The position numbers were made by a program, and so were the translations under genes. Below are positions 58,378 to 64,000 of a stretch of DNA of 64,000 nucleotides, piece by piece. Position 1 is the first letter of the stretch. Each line of letters begins with the position of its first letter. The notes beneath the pieces are model-generated. The model made no database searches. It was not told where the DNA came from and saw only the letters and a list, made by a program, of their open reading frames with translations. Source of the DNA: Bryobacterales bacterium. Lineage in GTDB: Bacteria > Acidobacteriota > Terriglobia > Bryobacterales > Bryobacteraceae. The stretch spans positions 15,103 to 79,102 of the forward strand of contig JBBSEX010000013.1 of the NCBI GenBank assembly GCA_038239345.1. The letters are read 5' to 3'.

Positions 58378-59157
58378 ATGGCCCATGTCCTGGGGTTCAG
58401 TCAAACCGTCGCGTTCGCTCACCACGATGGCCTAACTCTTTGGATGGATGTGTACTCACCCCAAGGGAACGGTCCGTTCGGTGCGCTCCTTTTCGCTCAC
58501 GGCGGACGGTGGACCGGCGGTGATCGTCACAGCGGCGTCGAGCCCATCGTCGAACTCTGCGCCGCCGCCCGCCTCGTCTGTTTCAGCATGGATTACCGGC
58601 TGGCTCCGCAGTTTCCCTTCCCCGCCGCTGTCGATGATGTCGAGGATGCCGTAAGCTATGTGCGCGCTCATGCGGCCGAATATAATGTCGATCCACGACG
58701 TATCGTCCTTTCCGGAGAATCCGCCGGAGGGCACCTGGTATCCTTCGCGGCGGCTCGCGACAATGCGCGGTTACAGGTGCGTGGCGTGGTCGCCTTCTCC
58801 GCTCCCCAGGATCTGTTGGCGCTCTGCAAATGGCTGCGCGGCGTAGGCGTCGTCCCACCCGAAATTCGGGCGTTCCTCAATGTGAAGGATTGGAACGCTG
58901 TGACTGAGCGGAAGATGAAGTCCGCCTCGCCTGTCTTTCAAGTCAATACCGCGGCGTCACCTTATTTACTGGTGCACGCAGTGGACGATCCTTTAGTGGA
59001 TTCCGCCCAACCTGCCGCAATGTGCCGCGCCGTCAAGCTGGCGGGAGGACAATGCGAGGTCCTGCTAGTCGCTGAGAACGAACATCGCGTAGCGGCGTGG
59101 ACGCATTCCGATGCCTGGAAATCAAGTGCCGTCGAATGGTTACGCCACCTACAATAG
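58378..59157 (+). CDS. Alpha/beta hydrolase (esterase/lipase, Abhydrolase_3-like)
   Basis: The product contains the oxyanion motif FAHGGRWTGGD and the nucleophile elbow GESAGG. I chose the start at the Met at 58378, because the track start at 58246 overlaps the divergent SBBP gene. Confidence 0.72.
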   Translation: MAHVLGFSQTVAFAHHDGLTLWMDVYSPQGNGPFGALLFAHGGRWTGGDRHSGVEPIVELCAAARLVCFSMDYRLAPQFPFPAAVDDVEDAVSYVRAHAAEYNVDPRRIVLSGESAGGHLVSFAAARDNARLQVRGVVAFSAPQDLLALCKWLRGVGVVPPEIRAFLNVKDWNAVTERKMKSASPVFQVNTAASPYLLVHAVDDPLVDSAQPAAMCRAVKLAGGQCEVLLVAENEHRVAAWTHSDAWKSSAVEWLRHLQ

Positions 59158-59592
59158 CCGTATGCGAAACTACCTGATTCTTTGCTAGACGCGATGCAGG
59201 AACCAACCTGGCTCAGACCGCTTCTCCGACAAAATTTATTCCCCCCTCAGACCTCATCGGAGTCTGGCAGGGAATGGTCAGTACTTATGAATTCGACATC
59301 GCGATGACACTACGCGTGCAGCCCTCAGGCGGTGTTGAGGTGAAGTTGGGTACGCAACTAAACACCTTACTCAGCAATCCCCGGTTCTCGGACGGCTTTT
59401 TCAGCGGCGTGATGAATGGGTCAATAGACATCAAAGATTTTGCTCGCCGGCCGTGCTCCGAAATGGATGAGAAAGACGCGTTGGTCTTGACGCAGTGGTG
59501 CGAGCTGTCCAAATAGTAGGTGCTTCCTGCAATGCCGCTTCGCTTGGATCCGTTTTGGCGGGGATCGGCAATGCGCGACTTACAATGGCCGT

Positions 59593-60287
59593 ATGATCCT
59601 GGCGATCGCGATGCTTGTCTTTTCGATTTGTGCAACAGCACAAACTAACGGGCACATCGAAGGGCGCATTGTGGATATGAGCGGCGGCGGAGTAACCGCT
59701 TCAATCCGAATCGTACAAACAGACACTGCGAAAACCATCGCTCGCCTGAAAACGGATCACTCGGGGGAATTTAGAACGCAAGCCTTGAGCGCGGGCTCTT
59801 ATACCGTATTTGCAGGAGCAACGCTCTCACCCGTTTAGCCACGGCTGCCACGGTGCAGAACGATAAGACCACCCAGCTAGGCGACATCGCGTTGAAGTTC
59901 CTTGGCTGCGATTCGCCGGGGGTAAATTGTGATTCCGTTCAAGAAATCTCGGAACCGAAAAACCTTGACGCGGACTACGGAGTCAGCGGCTACATGTCGC
60001 TGGGGATCCGCTGTGGCGCCGATATTGGGGATCGGAATAAGGTCTACTGCCAGCAATCGGCTGACGCCGACGGATTGGCAAGGATCGACGTCCAGTTTTT
60101 AAAAGAGAAAGACGAAGTCTACCTGCTGGCCGTAAACGGCGCGGCGATCTCAAACCCTAGCCCAAAGCAGGCGCACTGCAGCTACGCCATTTACGCTGAG
60201 GCCCGGCTTCGGATAACTGATTTCGGCCCGGAAATTGATCCATCGTCCGCGGCAAAAGTGGCGGGGTGTCCCACATCTATTTTGTAG
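59593..60287 (+). pseudogene. Carboxypeptidase-regulatory-like-domain protein apparently split by a frameshift near 59825-59840 (or a sequencing error)
   Basis: ORF 59593-59838 encodes a signal peptide and the first two-thirds of a CarboxypepD_reg domain (GHIEGRIVDMSGGGVTASIRIVQTD...HSGEFRTQALSAGSYTVFAGA), then stops. The frame of ORF 59853-60287 is already open from 59790 and continues with the expected end of that domain (ATAATVQNDKTTQLGDIALKF). Confidence 0.4.
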
Positions 60288-60361
60288 ATGAGGTCCAGCC
60301 GGATATTTCCGAGCTAAAGCTTTGGTACGTCACCCGCAAGCATTAATTCGGCGTCCGCTGC

Positions 60362-60850
60362 CTACGGCATCACAGCGGCTCGTTGCGAAAGAAGATATAC
60401 CGCTCGACCGGCAGCCGGCGCTTGAGTCACCAGCTGCAACGGCGTGCCCTCATATTTTCGATAAGAATATAAACTTGGCGGCATTCCCACTGCGACGATC
60501 TCAACCGACTGCGCCGCCGCTGGAATCTTCCCGCCAAACCAGCGCTCATCCTCTTGTTGCTTCCACGTGACCAGTGAAATAATCGACCCGGCCGGAAAGT
60601 CGCGCCCCCCGTTAGCCCGCGCGTAGCGCACGGCGGCGTCATTACCGAATAGAGTGGACATCGTCGAATTGCGCTTATCCAACCAGGACGTGATCACGCC
60701 ACCTTGCAGCGGGTTGAAGGAGAGATCTCCAGCCAAAGATGCCGCTTGATTGCGCCTCGTAGTCACGCGGGGATTTTCCCGGGAGCAACCGTTAAGACTC
60801 AACAGCAAGCCTACCGCGATCACGGAGACGATCTTCCTTTCCGCTCTCAT
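60362..60850 (-). CDS. Hypothetical lipoprotein (possible heme-less P460-fold partner)
   Basis: The 162-aa product has a lipobox-like LLLSLNGC and no CXXCH motif. It lies 2 nt downstream of the P460-domain gene. The fold suggestion is a weak impression only. Confidence 0.45.
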   Translation of the reverse strand: MRAERKIVSVIAVGLLLSLNGCSRENPRVTTRRNQAASLAGDLSFNPLQGGVITSWLDKRNSTMSTLFGNDAAVRYARANGGRDFPAGSIISLVTWKQQEDERWFGGKIPAAAQSVEIVAVGMPPSLYSYRKYEGTPLQLVTQAPAAGRAVYLLSQRAAVMP

Positions 60851-60852
60851 TG

Positions 60853-61788
60853 CTAACCTCGGCCTGTCTTAAAAAGGATCGGCATCGTGAAAACGTAATC
60901 GTTGTGCCGCAGGGGCATGTGGCAGTTAACGCATTCGCTGGCGAACCCGGCGTCCGCTCCATATGGTTTCAGATCGATGCCGTGCCAACGGGCCCATCCC
61001 CAACCCTTGGTGCTGGCGTAGGCCTTACTGTCGCGGATCATGAACGCCACCTGTAGAAACGCCCCCGCTCGCACTAAGCCCTCCCCATCGGACCGTTGTG
61101 CCCAGGCCACTTTCGCCAGCATGGTCCCATCCGGCCAAGGGTTGATATGGTTTGAGGCGATTGCCTCCATTGCGATAGGATTCCCCAGAACAGCTCGAAT
61201 CGTTCGATCGTCGAAGCGTTCCGTGCTGCTGATAGCCTGCCAATTCTTGTAATCCGCCGGAAATGCAATCCCGTTCAGAGCCGGTTGAACTTTTCGCGGC
61301 TCACCAACCGAGGGGATCCACTTCCCGGATTCCGGGGCCGGCGCGGCAGGGGCCGCCGTAGCGGCCGAAAGCTTCAGGTACGCCCGCAACACCGCCAACT
61401 GGCCATCTGTCACCACTGCTCCCGGATGCATGCGTTTGTAGGAAGGTAATGGCATCGCGCCAAGTTGGATGCGATTGATCGCTTCAAACAGCGTAGCCTT
61501 TTGTTTCGCGGCCGGTAGCGCCGCAATCTCTGAGAAGTTTATGTGCTTTCTGGCCTCTGTCACGTCGTGGGTCACCAGCCAATACGCCGGCACAACTCGA
61601 TCGAACCACGACAGTTTAGTTTCATTCGAGTGGCAGTTGTAGCAGGAGTTCCGCAATATTTGCCTCACTTCCGGCGGCGCTTGCAGTTCAGCCGTTACAG
61701 GCGGATCTTTCAGTTCCGGCCGTACCAGTTGCAAAGCCAGAAAAAGCAGCAACGACAACGGGATAAGCCACCGCCCAACAGACCGCAT
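60853..61788 (-). CDS. Membrane-anchored fusion of a heme-binding domain (Haem_bd-like, CYNCH) and a cytochrome P460-like domain (CVNCH)
   Basis: The 311-aa product has an N-terminal TM segment, then ILRNSCYNCHSNETKLSWFDRVVPAYWLVTHDVTEARKHINFSE. The C-terminal part reads FPADYKNWQAISST....GWGWARW.....ASECVNCHMP. Confidence 0.72.
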   Translation of the reverse strand: MRSVGRWLIPLSLLLFLALQLVRPELKDPPVTAELQAPPEVRQILRNSCYNCHSNETKLSWFDRVVPAYWLVTHDVTEARKHINFSEIAALPAAKQKATLFEAINRIQLGAMPLPSYKRMHPGAVVTDGQLAVLRAYLKLSAATAAPAAPAPESGKWIPSVGEPRKVQPALNGIAFPADYKNWQAISSTERFDDRTIRAVLGNPIAMEAIASNHINPWPDGTMLAKVAWAQRSDGEGLVRAGAFLQVAFMIRDSKAYASTKGWGWARWHGIDLKPYGADAGFASECVNCHMPLRHNDYVFTMPILFKTGRG

Positions 61789-61867
61789 TCGAAGCTCCTC
61801 ACCTTACTTCCACCAAAATCCGCCGAGCTTCGAATCGCTTCCAAGTAACCAACCGTCCGCAGTCCCG

Positions 61868-63724
61868 CTATTGAGTAGCAGGGCCTGCCAAGATGTCTAG
61901 CCGGTTGGAGAACTGCGCATCGATCACGGCGAATATACTGATGGTGCCCTTGCCAGCAAGGGAGCGCGGGAGTTGAATGTTTATCTGATCCAGACCGGCG
62001 AACTCTGACTGCGCACCCGCGTACAAGGGCGTGACCGCTATTCCGCCTACCAGGACCTTCACTTTATCGAGCGATGCGGCGTTGCGGAATCCCGTGCCGT
62101 AAAGAGTAAGGTATAGTGCGTCCGTTGGCGGGCCGAAGCCGATAGCTGCGGGGAGCTGCAGTCCCAGGGCGGCATTGAACTGGGCGAGCGGTTCCGTGGT
62201 CCGGGTGCCATCGGCTTTCACCCGGAGCAGCGTTCCCGCCGGTACTCCCTGGCCATCGCCGTTTGCCGAAAACCAGGCGGGAGCCACAGGATAAAACTGA
62301 GCGGCGACCGTCGTCACGTCGACAGTCCCGGAGCGAACGATCACCGATCCTGGGCCGGCGGCGGTGTCCGCGGGCACGATGAAATTGATTTGGGTGGAGG
62401 CGTTGAGATAAAGCTGGGCGGGTCTTTCGGCTCCGACACTGTCTTTAACGGCAACCGTGGAGTTCACCGAAAAACTTGCGCCGAACAGGCTCGCTATGCT
62501 GCCGGGCGCAAGGTTGCGGTCTGAGTAACTGGCCGCGTTGACGAGCGGGGACGGCGCGGGCAGAGGTGGCGCAAGGCGCGGCAAGCCGATCTGGCTGTTG
62601 AAGAAGGAAATGGTCCGCAAGTCCAGTTCGTTAAAAAAAGAGTGTTCCGTAAACGCCTGGCGCAGTTCATTTTCAATTTCGTTATAACTCCCGCTGTACT
62701 TCGCTGGCAGAGCGGCTTGATAAACACCACTGAAAGGGTCGGCCAGAATCACGCCAAACTCATCCAGCAAGCCGGCGTCGAAGTATGCCTGGTAAATGGC
62801 GCTTGAATCCGCCGCCGAGATTCCGGCAATGCGCGTAAACCGCGTTGGATTCAGTGGCGTCGCTTTGTTGAAGTACAGTTCGGCGGGCACGCCCCGTTGC
62901 AGCAGAGTCTGGAAATTTCGTTGCGCGGAAGAGATGCCGTTATAGCCGATGCCAGCGGCGTCCCCAATGGTGCCGTCGAACTGTTCGAGCCCGAAAATGG
63001 TGGGGACCGTTGAATTCAGAGTGTTTATGCCCGCCTCGGCGCTGGAAATGTAAATCGCCTGGGCTTTGGCATTCAGATAAGGAGCATAGACCCCGGCAGC
63101 GCCTCCGCCATTCGATTCGCCCTGGACAAAAATCGGGTCCGACGCGCTCATCAGACCCTGGGCGGTAAGGGCCTGCAGTATCCCCTTTATATTCACCAGA
63201 TCGGGATTGGTGGCGGCGGCGGTACGGGCATCCCATTGTTTGGTCTGCCGGTTGGAACTGTCGGGCGAAACGATTCCGAACCCGGCTGCTATCAACTCAT
63301 CGGCGAACTGCTTACCGTCGGGGCGGCTGAACAACGAACCCCCGGAACCGCCGGTCCCATGAAGCCTGATCACGACCCCGGCATGGATTGCGGGGACGTA
63401 GTAGTAATAGTTGCTTCCCTGAATTACGGCGGAAACGGGTTGATACGCGGGTACCGCTTTGTAAGTGGCCGTTATAGTTACCGGAGCGGTCCTGGCAACC
63501 AGGGATGTGTGCCAGGAATAAGAATCTGCCAGCGTATTTGTATCACCGGTCCAGTGATCGAAAATCTGTCCGGCGGGGGCGGTATTGGCCCAGACGTTTA
63601 CAATCCGGCCAGCCGCGTAAACGCCGCTTCCAGACCCTTGGTTGACTTGGAGTGCAAGGGTTTGCCCATGACCGGAACGAGCCGCCAGCAAAACCATGGT
63701 TAAGAATAAGAGCGGTGATCTCAT
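61868..63724 (-). CDS. Secreted alpha/beta-hydrolase-like protein with a C-terminal TIGR03437-like domain
   Basis: The 618-aa product has a signal peptide, then VVIRLHGTGGSGG and the GESNGG nucleophile elbow. The C-terminus reads PAWFSANGDGQGVPAG...LYLTLYGTGFRN...LYAGAQSEFAGLDQINIQLP. Confidence 0.6.
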   Translation of the reverse strand: MRSPLLFLTMVLLAARSGHGQTLALQVNQGSGSGVYAAGRIVNVWANTAPAGQIFDHWTGDTNTLADSYSWHTSLVARTAPVTITATYKAVPAYQPVSAVIQGSNYYYYVPAIHAGVVIRLHGTGGSGGSLFSRPDGKQFADELIAAGFGIVSPDSSNRQTKQWDARTAAATNPDLVNIKGILQALTAQGLMSASDPIFVQGESNGGGAAGVYAPYLNAKAQAIYISSAEAGINTLNSTVPTIFGLEQFDGTIGDAAGIGYNGISSAQRNFQTLLQRGVPAELYFNKATPLNPTRFTRIAGISAADSSAIYQAYFDAGLLDEFGVILADPFSGVYQAALPAKYSGSYNEIENELRQAFTEHSFFNELDLRTISFFNSQIGLPRLAPPLPAPSPLVNAASYSDRNLAPGSIASLFGASFSVNSTVAVKDSVGAERPAQLYLNASTQINFIVPADTAAGPGSVIVRSGTVDVTTVAAQFYPVAPAWFSANGDGQGVPAGTLLRVKADGTRTTEPLAQFNAALGLQLPAAIGFGPPTDALYLTLYGTGFRNAASLDKVKVLVGGIAVTPLYAGAQSEFAGLDQINIQLPRSLAGKGTISIFAVIDAQFSNRLDILAGPATQ

Positions 63725-63904
63725 ACAGACCCTAACTCTCCTCTGGTCCTAGAGTTGCAAAACTGCAATGCAAGGGGCTTGTTCGTTCATTGGGCCCGTA
63801 TCACCCCCGCCGCCGGGCACTAGTACCCAAATCGGGATACCCCGCTAACGTTTTGCCCAAATCCCGCCGATGAATTGCTGTAGTTCGTAGTGTGAGGCCT
63901 CAAA

Positions 63905-64000
63905 ATGGAACTAGGTCGACTTGTCACAATTGGTTTGATTTTCGCGCTGCTGCTGCCCGCTCAGGATGGCGCTCCCGTTAAGAAAGATGCATTCCAGAAC
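63905..64000 (+). CDS. 5' end of a gene for a secreted protein, truncated by the window edge
   Basis: The ATG at 63905 opens MELGRLVTIGLIFALLLPAQDGAPVKKDAFQN, which is signal-peptide-like. Only 32 codons are visible. Confidence 0.35.
   Translation, partial: MELGRLVTIGLIFALLLPAQDGAPVKKDAFQN

Noticed and set aside
59274-59516. An 80-aa ORF (MVSTYEFDIAMTLRVQP...) lies in the 435-bp gap after the esterase gene.
   Set aside because: It has no motif, no obvious Shine-Dalgarno sequence and no signal peptide. It may be real, but I cannot support it from sequence alone.
1-64000. I looked for CRISPR arrays, insertion sequences, integrases, prophage genes and classical restriction-modification or toxin-antitoxin pairs.
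   Set aside because: I saw no regularly spaced direct repeats and no transposase, integrase or phage structural signatures in any frame. The tRNA-Leu at 27402-27490 has no flanking integrase or direct-repeat scar that I could see.

Overview
This 64-kb window is gene-dense, high-GC chromosomal DNA carrying about 56 protein-coding genes and one tRNA-Leu(CAA). I saw no rRNA, CRISPR array, transposase, integrase or prophage. All calls come from reading the supplied translations for family motifs; no database search was run.

The gene content points to Acidobacteriota, probably a Bryobacter/Solibacter-like lineage. Supporting signs are CarboxypepD_reg-type TonB receptors, tandem CRTAC1/ASPIC-UnbV FG-GAP proteins, several secreted proteins sharing a Solibacter-type C-terminal domain, an ECF sigma factor paired with a Ser/Thr kinase, and bshC.

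Recognisable housekeeping blocks:
- tetR-tolC-hlyD efflux
- pta plus an HDAC-like deacetylase
- fabZ-lpxA-lpxI
- mscL
- bshC, cyaY, hemW and ltaE
- mutS2 and a NUDIX hydrolase
- htrA
- recA
- cmk and an aspartate kinase
- lolA, pdxH and an ALDH7-type dehydrogenase

The best candidate for an undescribed system is a two-gene cassette at 9783-11952 on the minus strand. It encodes a radical-SAM enzyme whose reading frame overlaps a SAM-methyltransferase fused to a Pol-beta-type nucleotidyltransferase-like domain. The cassette is wedged between two unrelated membrane housekeeping genes.

Secondary candidates:
- An exported redox block at 12.5-19.5 kb: two Tat-signal CRTAC1 paralogues, a six-heme cytochrome c-TPR protein, and a cytochrome c / PHM-like copper monooxygenase / TPR fusion.
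- A tightly coupled ECF sigma / Ser-Thr kinase / globin operon at 38.5-42.3 kb.

Gene starts are approximate where noted.
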